Origin: Candidatus Poseidoniales archaeon
GTDB taxonomy: Archaea; Thermoplasmatota; Poseidoniia; Poseidoniales; Poseidoniaceae
NCBI GenBank assembly: GCA_009887255.1
Contig: QXXW01000015.1
Coordinates: 1 to 40,663 of the forward strand
DNA length: 40,663 nt
Reading direction: 5' to 3'
Below the pieces are notes generated by a model that was not told the origin of the DNA, made no database searches, and saw only the letters and a list, made by a program, of their open reading frames with translations. The number at the start of each line of letters is the position of its first letter. Position 1 is the first letter of the stretch. The position numbers and the translations under genes are program-made. This document shows, one piece after another, positions 19,177 through 27,943 of this stretch.

Positions 19177-20769
19177 ATGAGCGATGTGCCCATTTTGAAG
19201 GAGACCACACGGTCCTCCGGACGAGAGGCGCTTCGAAACAACATCACGGCCGCAATGGCCTTGGCTGGAGCCGTCCGCAGCACGTTGGGCCCCCGTGGCA
19301 TGGACAAGTTGCTGATCGACGACGAAGGTCGCACCATGGTCACCAATGACGGTGTTACGGTGCTTGAATCCGCCAAGGTGGAGCATCCCGTTGCAAAAAT
19401 GCTCATCAACGCCTCGACCACCCAGGATCAAATCGCTCGCGATGGAACGACCAGCGCCGTTTTGTTCAGTGCCGAGTTGTTGCAAAATGCATGGGAATTG
19501 GTCCTTCAAGGCGTTCATCCTTCAGCCATTGGAAGAGGGTACAGAATCGCTGAAGGAATGAGCCGTGAACATCTCGCCTCATTGACGGTTGAAGCCACGG
19601 CATCCATGCAGCAACAAGCAACCCAAACATCGCTTTCGGGTAAGATTCACACGGCCATGCAACTCCACCTCGCTCAACTGGCACACCAAGCAGCAAGAGC
19701 GATTCAAGAAGACAGGGAAGGCCATGTGGTCGCAGATCCAACGAGAGTCAAAATCCTCAGTCAAATCGGAGGACAAATGACGGATTCTGCCCTTGTCACC
19801 GGCCTGGTCCTCCTCAAGAAGCGTGTTCATTCAACGATGCCAAAACGGCTCAAGGCTGGTAAAATTGCCCTGATTGACGGAGGTCTGGAGCGCAAGGGGC
19901 TGATGAGCAGTTTGAAGTTGAAGGTCACCAATCCCGGTGTGCTTGAGACCTTCAGGCAGGAAGAGCGCACCATGTTGTTGAAACAAATCTCCCATCTCGA
20001 AGAATTGGGTGTCACCCTCCTCGCTTGCAAAGAGGGAATTGACGACGATGTCCACGGTGCACTGGCTGGTGCAGGCATTCAATCGTTCCGACGGGTGGCA
20101 CGCGCAGACCTCGACCTCTTGGCCCGAGGATGTGGGGCTCGACTCAACATGAACGTCGACGCCCTACGTGCCGATGATATTGGCGTGTTTATTGAAAGTC
20201 GTAGCGAGCGAATCAACGGCCAAGACCGCTGGACGGTGGACACAGAAGAGGGAGGTGCGACCTTCATTGCCAAAGGATCAACCAACGACACGGTTGGTGA
20301 AGTTGAGCGTTGCTTTGGTGATGCTCTGGGCGTGGCGTGTCAACTCCTCGAAGAACCCGTTCTGCTACCGGGTGGTGGAGCTACCCAAATTGCACTTGCT
20401 CGGCATCTGCGACGCCAAGCAGAATCCATTCCAGGTCGAGAACAACTTGCTATTGAAGCCTACGCCGATGCTTTGGAAGTTATTCCGAGGACCTTAGCAG
20501 AAAACGCAGGCCTCGACCCCCTTGACACCCTGCTTCAAGTGGTGGCCCAACAGGCGAAAGGAGGCGATGGAGCTCACACTGTTGGTGTTGATGTCCTCGC
20601 TAAACAACCTGCGAACATGCTGGAACAAGGCGTTGTTGAACCGCTTCGCATCACCAGACAAGTGCTGGCCGGAGCAACTGAAGCGGCCCTATCCGTGCTC
20701 AGAATTGACGATGTATTGTGGGCCAAACAAGACCCCACCGTTCCGGACATGCCTTCTGAAAACGACTGA
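19177..20769 (+). CDS. ths: thermosome (group II chaperonin) subunit, divergent
   Basis: STLGPRGMDKLL, TNDGVTVL, VEHPVAK, RDGTTS, PGGGA, IPRTLAENAGLD, LRIDD. Confidence 0.92.
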   Translation: MSDVPILKETTRSSGREALRNNITAAMALAGAVRSTLGPRGMDKLLIDDEGRTMVTNDGVTVLESAKVEHPVAKMLINASTTQDQIARDGTTSAVLFSAELLQNAWELVLQGVHPSAIGRGYRIAEGMSREHLASLTVEATASMQQQATQTSLSGKIHTAMQLHLAQLAHQAARAIQEDREGHVVADPTRVKILSQIGGQMTDSALVTGLVLLKKRVHSTMPKRLKAGKIALIDGGLERKGLMSSLKLKVTNPGVLETFRQEERTMLLKQISHLEELGVTLLACKEGIDDDVHGALAGAGIQSFRRVARADLDLLARGCGARLNMNVDALRADDIGVFIESRSERINGQDRWTVDTEEGGATFIAKGSTNDTVGEVERCFGDALGVACQLLEEPVLLPGGGATQIALARHLRRQAESIPGREQLAIEAYADALEVIPRTLAENAGLDPLDTLLQVVAQQAKGGDGAHTVGVDVLAKQPANMLEQGVVEPLRITRQVLAGATEAALSVLRIDDVLWAKQDPTVPDMPSEND

Positions 20770-20820
20770 ATTTCATGGTCATAACCGGCCATTGAAATAT
20801 CGGACGAGACTTGTAATGTC

Positions 20821-22389
20821 ATGAACAAAGGGGAAACAAAACCCGTTGGCATTGATGACATGTCAATTCACTTCCCGCGACTCTACATGGACATGCGGGA
20901 GTTTGCAGACCTTCGAGGTGCGGACTTTGGCAAACTGAACAAAGGGCTGGGGTTGTCTGCCATGGCCGTTCCAGACGTGCATGAAGACACTGCAACCATG
21001 GGAGCCATGGCGGTCATTCGGCTCATCGATCGAAACGGACTGAATCCTCGAAGCATCGGCCGACTTTACCTCGGGACCGAGTCGGCCCTTGACGGGGCCA
21101 AACCCACCGCCACCTACATCCTTGACATGCTGACTCAACGGTACAGCAAAACATACGGAAGCGACTGTTTCAGGACCTGCGATGTTGTGGACATGACCTT
21201 CGCGTGCATCGGCGCTGTGGACGCACTCCATACCACCCTTGATTGGGTTGCCAGATCTTCGGAGAACGATGAACGGTTGGGGATTGTGGTTTTTGCTGAC
21301 AACGCCAAGTACGATTTGGAATCACCTGGAGAATACACCCAAGGCGCAGGAGGCGGAGCGTTGTTGGTCCGTAGGAACCCCCGTCTTCTCGAAATCCCGG
21401 ATTGCGTTGGTGTCTCAACCACCCCCGTTCACGATTTTTTCAAACCCCGAAGACGAGTTTCGTTGCAATCGGTGGTTTCAAGCGTGTTGGATTTGGCAAA
21501 AGAAACGGGACAAGCGATTGACGATGACTTGCTGGAACGAATGATGGAACAGTTGCCACAATCTGCGGTGAGGAAACTCAGCATTTTCTCACATGGTGAA
21601 ATCGCCGTGAACGTGCATCGGGACGAGCCGGTGTTCGATGGACAATTTTCCAATCGATGTTACCAAGACGCCGTACGACAGGCCTTCCATGACTTCCGTA
21701 CCAAGGCCCAGAAGAACGGTCGCATTGACCCCAGTGCGGATGCCCCGTTCACCGAACAGTGGAGTCGAATCATCATGCATCTTCCTTATGCGTACCAAGC
21801 AAAAAGAATGTTTCCGGATGTCTTCCGTCACGATCGACGAGGCACGCCCATGTGGAACAAGGTGGAGCAGCTTATCGGTCCAAACCCAGAACAACCCGAT
21901 GGTAGCGAAGAGGAAGTGGCTGCATGGGAACGTGCCAGGGAGCGCTACAGGCGTGCCATCGCAAAGACACCACAATACACAGAATTCCACAACACTCGAA
22001 TCGAAAAAGGACAACGGGCAAGCAGTTTGATTGGCAATCAATACACCGGTTCGATTTTCCTTGCGTTGATGTCAACGTTTGAATCGGACTTCATCGAAGG
22101 AACGGACTTGTCCGGCTTGACCATGGGTCTCTGCGGTTACGGCTCAGGTGCGAAAGCGAAGGTGTTTGAAGGCCGAGTTAACCCGAAATGGCGGGAAGTT
22201 GTCGCCAGGTGGCACCTCTTTGAGCGCCTTCAAGGCCGAACATCCATCGACCAAACCACCTATGAAAGCCTTCACAAAGGCCTCTTGGAAACCAGCGTGG
22301 TTCAGCCTGTGGAGGAATTTGTCCTGATGGAAATAGGAGAGAACGGTGTCAGTGAGGGTGCCCGCCGATACGAGTGGGTGACGGTTTAG
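20821..22389 (+). CDS. mvaS: hydroxymethylglutaryl-CoA synthase, bacterial (MvaS-like) type
   Basis: VGIDD, GTESALD, FACIGA (catalytic Cys), GEYTQGAG, MHLPY, GNQYTGS, GYGSG. Confidence 0.92.
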   Translation: MNKGETKPVGIDDMSIHFPRLYMDMREFADLRGADFGKLNKGLGLSAMAVPDVHEDTATMGAMAVIRLIDRNGLNPRSIGRLYLGTESALDGAKPTATYILDMLTQRYSKTYGSDCFRTCDVVDMTFACIGAVDALHTTLDWVARSSENDERLGIVVFADNAKYDLESPGEYTQGAGGGALLVRRNPRLLEIPDCVGVSTTPVHDFFKPRRRVSLQSVVSSVLDLAKETGQAIDDDLLERMMEQLPQSAVRKLSIFSHGEIAVNVHRDEPVFDGQFSNRCYQDAVRQAFHDFRTKAQKNGRIDPSADAPFTEQWSRIIMHLPYAYQAKRMFPDVFRHDRRGTPMWNKVEQLIGPNPEQPDGSEEEVAAWERARERYRRAIAKTPQYTEFHNTRIEKGQRASSLIGNQYTGSIFLALMSTFESDFIEGTDLSGLTMGLCGYGSGAKAKVFEGRVNPKWREVVARWHLFERLQGRTSIDQTTYESLHKGLLETSVVQPVEEFVLMEIGENGVSEGARRYEWVTV

Positions 22390-23444
22390 GCTTCGAAGTC
22401 CAACACCACTTTGCCGCATTCCCCTGACATGGCCAACTGGACACCTTCTCGAAAAGCGGCGATTGGCATCCGGTGCGTAACCACCTTGTCCACATCGATG
22501 GCACCTCGTGCGAGAAGTTCGTGCATGGTGTCCCATGTTGACCACATCTTCCGACCGTTGATGCCCTTGAGATGCAAATATCTGAACACGACTTCGTTCA
22601 TGGGGACCTTTGGCTCACCTTGCCCGTAGACGGAAAGGATGTTGACATAACCGCCCATTCGTGTTGAGCGGATGCTGTTTGAAAGAGCGGTTGCTGAGCC
22701 TGAGAATTCACACGAATTATCAACGCCTCTCCCATCGGTCGTCTCCAAAATCATGGCCACTACATCGTCGCCCTTGCCCAACACCACGTCGGCCCCCAAT
22801 TCCTTGGCAAGTTCCATTCGGAAGGTGTTGTCCCAATCCACGGCAATCACCTTCGCAGCGCCCATGGCTTTTGCAGCGTTCACGGCAAAAAGGCCAATCG
22901 GGCCGAGTCCATGGACGGCCACTGTGGCACCCTTTACGGGTCCTCCCGTCAACGTATGGATGGCGTTGCCCAACGGGTCTTGGATGGAGGCGTGGGCTGG
23001 ATCAAGGCCCGCAGGTACATGACGTGCATTGACGGCTGGAACCACAAAATACGGAGCAAAGGCGCCGTTCCCATGGACACCAAAAATCGAGCCGTTTTCG
23101 CAAACGTGAGCGTTTCCTTCGGCACAACGAGGACATGCCCAACAAGCCAAATGACATTCAATGGCCACCAGATCACCGATGGTATGGGATTCAACTCCTT
23201 CGCCCAGACCGGCTACTTCACCGCAGGTTTCGTGACCCGTGATGGTCCCCAACGGGACATTCTCTCGGCTCCAATCGTCCCACTTCCAAATGTGGATGTC
23301 CGTCCCACAGACTGAGGTGGCTTTTGTTTGGATGAGAACCTCACCCGGACCCGGAACGGGGATGTCGTGCACCATCAAGTCAAACCCACCCGGTTCATCT
23401 CGAACCTTGGTCCAAGCCTCCATTGTGGTTGGTTGACCGCTCAT
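22386..23444 (-). CDS. tdh: L-threonine 3-dehydrogenase (Zn-dependent MDR)
   Basis: CGTDIHIWKWDDWS, GHE, CWACPRC..GNAHVC, DPLGNAIHT, GINGRKMWSTW, CGKVVL. Confidence 0.9.
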   Translation of the reverse strand: MSGQPTTMEAWTKVRDEPGGFDLMVHDIPVPGPGEVLIQTKATSVCGTDIHIWKWDDWSRENVPLGTITGHETCGEVAGLGEGVESHTIGDLVAIECHLACWACPRCAEGNAHVCENGSIFGVHGNGAFAPYFVVPAVNARHVPAGLDPAHASIQDPLGNAIHTLTGGPVKGATVAVHGLGPIGLFAVNAAKAMGAAKVIAVDWDNTFRMELAKELGADVVLGKGDDVVAMILETTDGRGVDNSCEFSGSATALSNSIRSTRMGGYVNILSVYGQGEPKVPMNEVVFRYLHLKGINGRKMWSTWDTMHELLARGAIDVDKVVTHRMPIAAFREGVQLAMSGECGKVVLDFEA

Positions 23445-23588
23445 GCTTCGCCCCAAACACTTACCTGCTCAGCCACCTTTTCATCCTTCGGTCATTGTGA
23501 AATGGACGGGTTGGAGGGGTTTGGCAATCGGGGATTGGACGGATAGTTGATTAGGTGGGCGCGATGCCTAAAATTCCGTTGATGGCGT

Positions 23589-25226
23589 ATGAAGTACGTG
23601 GTTGTGAGCGGAGGCGTCCTTTCTGGGTTGGGCAAGGGCGTGACCGCGAGCAGCATCGGCGTCCTCCTAAAAGCGGCTGGCCTTCGAGTCACGTCGATCA
23701 AAATCGACCCCTACCTCAACAGCGACGCTGGCACCATGTCCCCGTTTGAACACGGGGAAGTGTTCGTGCTGGATGATGGTGGAGAAGTGGATTTGGATTT
23801 GGGGAATTATGAACGGTTCCTTGACATCAACCTCTCACGTGACAACAATCTGACAACCGGTAAGGTCTATTCAAAGGTCATCGAAGCCGAGCGTCGTGGT
23901 GATTACTTGGGCAAAACAGTCCAAGTCATCCCGCACGTCACCGATGCCATCCAAGACTGGTTGGAAGAGGTTGCTCACCGACCTGCAGATGGCAGCGACC
24001 AAACTCCCGATGCTTGCATCATTGAACTTGGGGGGACGGTAGGCGATATCGAATCGTCACCGTACGTCGAGGCTCTACGCCAATTCCAATTCAGAGTTGG
24101 GCGTGAAAACGTGACCTTCGTGCATGTTTCTCTTGTGCCGGTCATGGGACCCGTTGGTGAACAAAAGACGAAACCCACCCAACACACCGTGAAAGAACTC
24201 CGTGGATTGGGCATCACACCCAATATTCTGGTGTGTCGCTCATCTCAACCGCTCAACGATGAAACCCGAGAAAAACTCGCTGCATTTTGTCACGTCCAAC
24301 CTGAGGCCGTGATGTCGACACATGACGTGCCAAACATCTACCATGTGCCTCTCATGCTTCAAGAGCAGGGGTTGTGTGCCATTCTGGGAGTGGATTGTGA
24401 ATCCACCGGTCTCATGGACGAATGGCGGACCATGGCCCACCACCTTGACACGTTAACCGAAGATGTGCACATCGCCATGGTTGGAAAATACACCAACCTG
24501 TCGGACGCATATTTATCGGTCATCAAGAGCCTGCAGCACGCTGCCATGGCCGTTGACAAGAACCTCGTTATCGATTGGATTGAAGCCAGTCATCTTGAGA
24601 AGGAATGGAACACCGACCGCCCGGAGGAATTCAACCATGCTTGGGATCTGCTCAACAACGCTGATGGTGTTCTGGTTCCGGGTGGTTTTGGCGATCGGGG
24701 TGTTGAAGGTAAAATCCTCGCAGCCCACCACGCTCGAACCAACAAGGTCCCGTATCTCGGGATCTGCCTTGGGTTGCAGGTAGCCACCATTGAGTTCTGC
24801 AGAAACGTGTTGGGCATGAAAAACGCCAACTCAACTGAATTCGTTGACAACCCAGAGCAGGCTGCTGTGGTGTTCATGCCTGAAATTTCCACCACGCACT
24901 TGGGTGGCACCATGCGCTTGGGAAGTCGTCCGACACTTTGGCAAGTTGACCGCTGCAAAATCCGGTCATTGTACGGCGATGGCGATGCCGTTGACGAGCG
25001 TCACCGTCATCGATACGAGGTGAATCCGGACTTGATCGAGGAAATTGAAGCTGCGGGAATGGTCTTTGTTGGTAAGGATGAATCTGGACAACGGTGCGAA
25101 ATTTTCGAGCTCGACGACCATCCTTTCTATGTTGGCGTTCAATACCACCCGGAATTCAAATCCAGGCCGCATCGGCCCAGTCCTCCCTTCCTTGGATTGT
25201 TACAAGCGGCATCGAACAAATCATGA
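23589..25226 (+). CDS. pyrG: CTP synthase
   Basis: [49 protein letters not shown]. Confidence 0.97.
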   Translation: MKYVVVSGGVLSGLGKGVTASSIGVLLKAAGLRVTSIKIDPYLNSDAGTMSPFEHGEVFVLDDGGEVDLDLGNYERFLDINLSRDNNLTTGKVYSKVIEAERRGDYLGKTVQVIPHVTDAIQDWLEEVAHRPADGSDQTPDACIIELGGTVGDIESSPYVEALRQFQFRVGRENVTFVHVSLVPVMGPVGEQKTKPTQHTVKELRGLGITPNILVCRSSQPLNDETREKLAAFCHVQPEAVMSTHDVPNIYHVPLMLQEQGLCAILGVDCESTGLMDEWRTMAHHLDTLTEDVHIAMVGKYTNLSDAYLSVIKSLQHAAMAVDKNLVIDWIEASHLEKEWNTDRPEEFNHAWDLLNNADGVLVPGGFGDRGVEGKILAAHHARTNKVPYLGICLGLQVATIEFCRNVLGMKNANSTEFVDNPEQAAVVFMPEISTTHLGGTMRLGSRPTLWQVDRCKIRSLYGDGDAVDERHRHRYEVNPDLIEEIEAAGMVFVGKDESGQRCEIFELDDHPFYVGVQYHPEFKSRPHRPSPPFLGLLQAASNKS

Positions 25227-25381
25227 GCCATGCATGGGTCCATCTTACGAGCCTGTATCCCAACCTGGCTTGGTGCGACCAGAACATTTCCCATTCGGTT
25301 CGTCGCCGTAACCGTGCACGATGAGCAGCAACAAACAACACACACCAAAAAGCACGTTCTGGAACTTCGCTGACGTGCTAT

Positions 25382-26143
25382 TTAGTGTTCCTCAAAATCC
25401 TTCTCGTCCCCTTGACGTGGTTCTTCATTTCCGAGGTTCCTCGTTGACCAACGGTCGACCAGCATGGGCAACACATCACCGGCTCGACCCAGGTGGACTT
25501 CGTCAAAATGTTCTGCATTGCTGGGAGGTTCAAGATTCACAAGTACGGTACGGGCCCCCGCCGTGTTGGCGACTTCAACAAGACCTGCTGCAGGGTAAAC
25601 ATGCCCTGATGAACCTACAACAACGAAGACATCGCATGATTCTACGGCGCGGTAGATCTGCTCAATCCCCAACGGTTGTTCTCCGAACCAAACAATATGA
25701 GGCCGCATTCTGGATGGTTGTTCACAGCATTCGCATTGTAAAAAAGTATCTTCAAGGTCCTCAGGAGCCATTCGAAGCGTTGCTTGATTGCTCAACTCGC
25801 AGCGCATGAGTGATAATTCACCGTGCATATGCCAAACGTTTTTGCTCCCGCCACGCTCGTGCAGGTCATCGACATTTTGTGTGATCAGCACCATGTTGTC
25901 CAACCGAGTTGACAGGTCAGCCAGGGCGCGATGAGCCTGATTTGGTTCCACCTCAAGCAATTGCCGTCTTCGGGCCTGATAGAACCGCCACACAAGTTCG
26001 GGGTTTGATGCCCAGGCCCGAGGTGTTGCTACGTCTTCAATCGCATGTTCTTCCCACAGGCCGTTGTTGTCTCTGAAGGTCCGTATGCCAGATTCGGCGG
26101 AAATTCCGGCACCTGTCAACACGACCACACGTGATGTGTTCAT
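25382..26143 (-). CDS. cobB: NAD-dependent protein deacylase (class III sirtuin)
   Basis: LTGAGISAESGIRTFR, TQNVDDLHERGG, HMHG, RPHIVWFGE, VYPAAG; FYQARRR YxxR motif. Confidence 0.93.
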   Translation of the reverse strand: MNTSRVVVLTGAGISAESGIRTFRDNNGLWEEHAIEDVATPRAWASNPELVWRFYQARRRQLLEVEPNQAHRALADLSTRLDNMVLITQNVDDLHERGGSKNVWHMHGELSLMRCELSNQATLRMAPEDLEDTFLQCECCEQPSRMRPHIVWFGEQPLGIEQIYRAVESCDVFVVVGSSGHVYPAAGLVEVANTAGARTVLVNLEPPSNAEHFDEVHLGRAGDVLPMLVDRWSTRNLGNEEPRQGDEKDFEEH

Positions 26144-26221
26144 GATGATGGAGCTGTATCGGAATATATCAGCGCTTGCGGCTGGATGAAACCGTTGACG
26201 ACCAACCATAGAGAACGGCCA

Positions 26222-27412
26222 TCACAGTTCTGCAACTCTGAGAAGTCGGGTGGTCCTGAATCCTTGAAGCACCTTGACAAACCGCTGATGTTGGAACTCT
26301 TGGTCCAAATCATCGTCCCCTGTGTCGATTCGAACGGCTTCAAGACCCAACAGCTTGGAAGGCGTCGCTACACCGAGGATGTTGGACCTACCGATTGACC
26401 GAAGCACGGTGGGTGAGAGTTGAAGATTGCCGCGCCCGATGAGAAAGCCTTGGCCCCCCATGGGAGACAACAGCAGCAACAACGGCCGGGGCTGCCCCTC
26501 CGGTGTTGTGTGGGCGTTGATGACCTTAAGCAGCGATTCTTCATTCAGGTCAGCATGCAGGACGTCCCCGTGCTGAACATCGATGCCGAGCAGGGTTAAC
26601 TCCAGCTCCATGTGCTCGCCCATTCGGCGTAACGTCCCCCCGCTACCCCAAACCACCATCAAATCTGAATCGTCGTTCACGAGCGCCTCAACATGAAGAG
26701 CCAAGCCTTCGATGGTGTCTTCTTCGCTTGCTCTCTCAACTTGCTCTTTGGCTCCTTGCATGAAGCGGGGCGAGGCGGGCGTCCATGCTTCACCGTACAT
26801 TCGCACCCTCCACTCGCCTTTTTGATACACTTCTTCATCGAGGTCCATGACTTCAGTGATCAAACACCGAAGGTCGCCCAGGCCGAACGCCAACACCACT
26901 TCAGCAGCGGCTTTGGGCGTGGTCGCGAAACACCCAGAGTGCATTTTCACGCCCCCGGGAACTCCGATTAATGGAATCTTTTGAGCCTCCGCACCCAGTT
27001 CTTGCAAAGCGTTGGCGACGTCACGAGTCGTGCCGTCCCCGCCGGCATACAGGATGGCATCAACACCGGAAGCCACGAGGTGGTGAACCAGGGCGCTTGT
27101 CTCTGCGACAGAGGTGTGCTCCGGTGTGGTTCCTTCCCACGTCCCGCTCAAATGGCCAGACAGCGCATCAGCGGTCCACGTTGAGCCCATGCGGCCTTCC
27201 AGCCCCAAGAGTTCGATGTTGAGATTCGCCCTGTTGAGCGACCCGTTTAGGAGAAACGAAAGGTGGGCTAAGCATGCGCTCATTCGAGGGCCTGCCCGGT
27301 CTTCTGCCCCCGCTGCTCGGGCCTCTTCAGCTCGTCCATCGCTGCCTTTGAACCCAAGCTTACCGCCCAAACCGGCATCGGGATTGACCACCAAGCCCAA
27401 GCGCATGTCCAT
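26222..27412 (-). CDS. ATP-NAD kinase family protein (AcoX-like)
   Basis: VVNPDAGLGG, GGDGTTRDV, GVKMHSGCFA, PMGGQGFLIGRGNLQLSP. Confidence 0.85.
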   Translation of the reverse strand: MDMRLGLVVNPDAGLGGKLGFKGSDGRAEEARAAGAEDRAGPRMSACLAHLSFLLNGSLNRANLNIELLGLEGRMGSTWTADALSGHLSGTWEGTTPEHTSVAETSALVHHLVASGVDAILYAGGDGTTRDVANALQELGAEAQKIPLIGVPGGVKMHSGCFATTPKAAAEVVLAFGLGDLRCLITEVMDLDEEVYQKGEWRVRMYGEAWTPASPRFMQGAKEQVERASEEDTIEGLALHVEALVNDDSDLMVVWGSGGTLRRMGEHMELELTLLGIDVQHGDVLHADLNEESLLKVINAHTTPEGQPRPLLLLLSPMGGQGFLIGRGNLQLSPTVLRSIGRSNILGVATPSKLLGLEAVRIDTGDDDLDQEFQHQRFVKVLQGFRTTRLLRVAEL

Positions 27413-27514
27413 CCCACCAGCTTCCGATTCAAATAGCCGTGCCTTGCTCCCAACGAGCCTCTTTGCGAGTCATGGAGCCAAAGGCTTCATTTCTGTGATG
27501 AAAGAAGTCGACCC

Positions 27515-27862
27515 ATGGACCCCCGTAAACGAGACGAGCCGAGCCTTGACAACATTCTCTCAAGAGACTTCGCAGAACTTGGTGCCGGCGAAGCAAACAT
27601 GAAACCAACCAATGCTGAGGAAAAAACCGCGTTGGAAGACGAGGGAGAGGCTCTCAGCCCTGATGAAAGCCCGCATCCAACCGCTTACAATCACGTGATT
27701 GATGCTGTTGAAGATCGGACATCCTTCACCGTGAACACCCCCCCAGGGAAAGGGGCTGACAAAACAAAGTCAACGGAAGGCCCCCCCTCATCAAACACCA
27801 CCGTCACCGTTCTTTCTGAACCTACGACGGGGTTGGGTGACGACTTTGACGTCGAGTGGTGA
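27515..27862 (+). CDS. small acidic, probably disordered hypothetical protein
   Basis: Fills the gap between the kinase and thrS; acidic composition like neighbouring genes; no motif. Confidence 0.55.
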   Translation: MDPRKRDEPSLDNILSRDFAELGAGEANMKPTNAEEKTALEDEGEALSPDESPHPTAYNHVIDAVEDRTSFTVNTPPGKGADKTKSTEGPPSSNTTVTVLSEPTTGLGDDFDVEW

Positions 27863-27943
27863 GAACAAGGGCTGGTCGCGGACCACCTTGCGCGGCATTG
27901 ATAGCGCAGATTTAACCCCGTAGGGGTTGCCGGAGGCTCCGAT

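Noticed and set aside
25321-25809. 162-aa plus-strand ORF after pyrG
   Set aside because: Almost entirely antisense to cobB with no recognisable features
4382-26143. Alba-Sir2 chromatin regulatory module
   Set aside because: The genes are over 20 kb apart and the sirtuin looks bacterial CobB-like; no evidence of linkage
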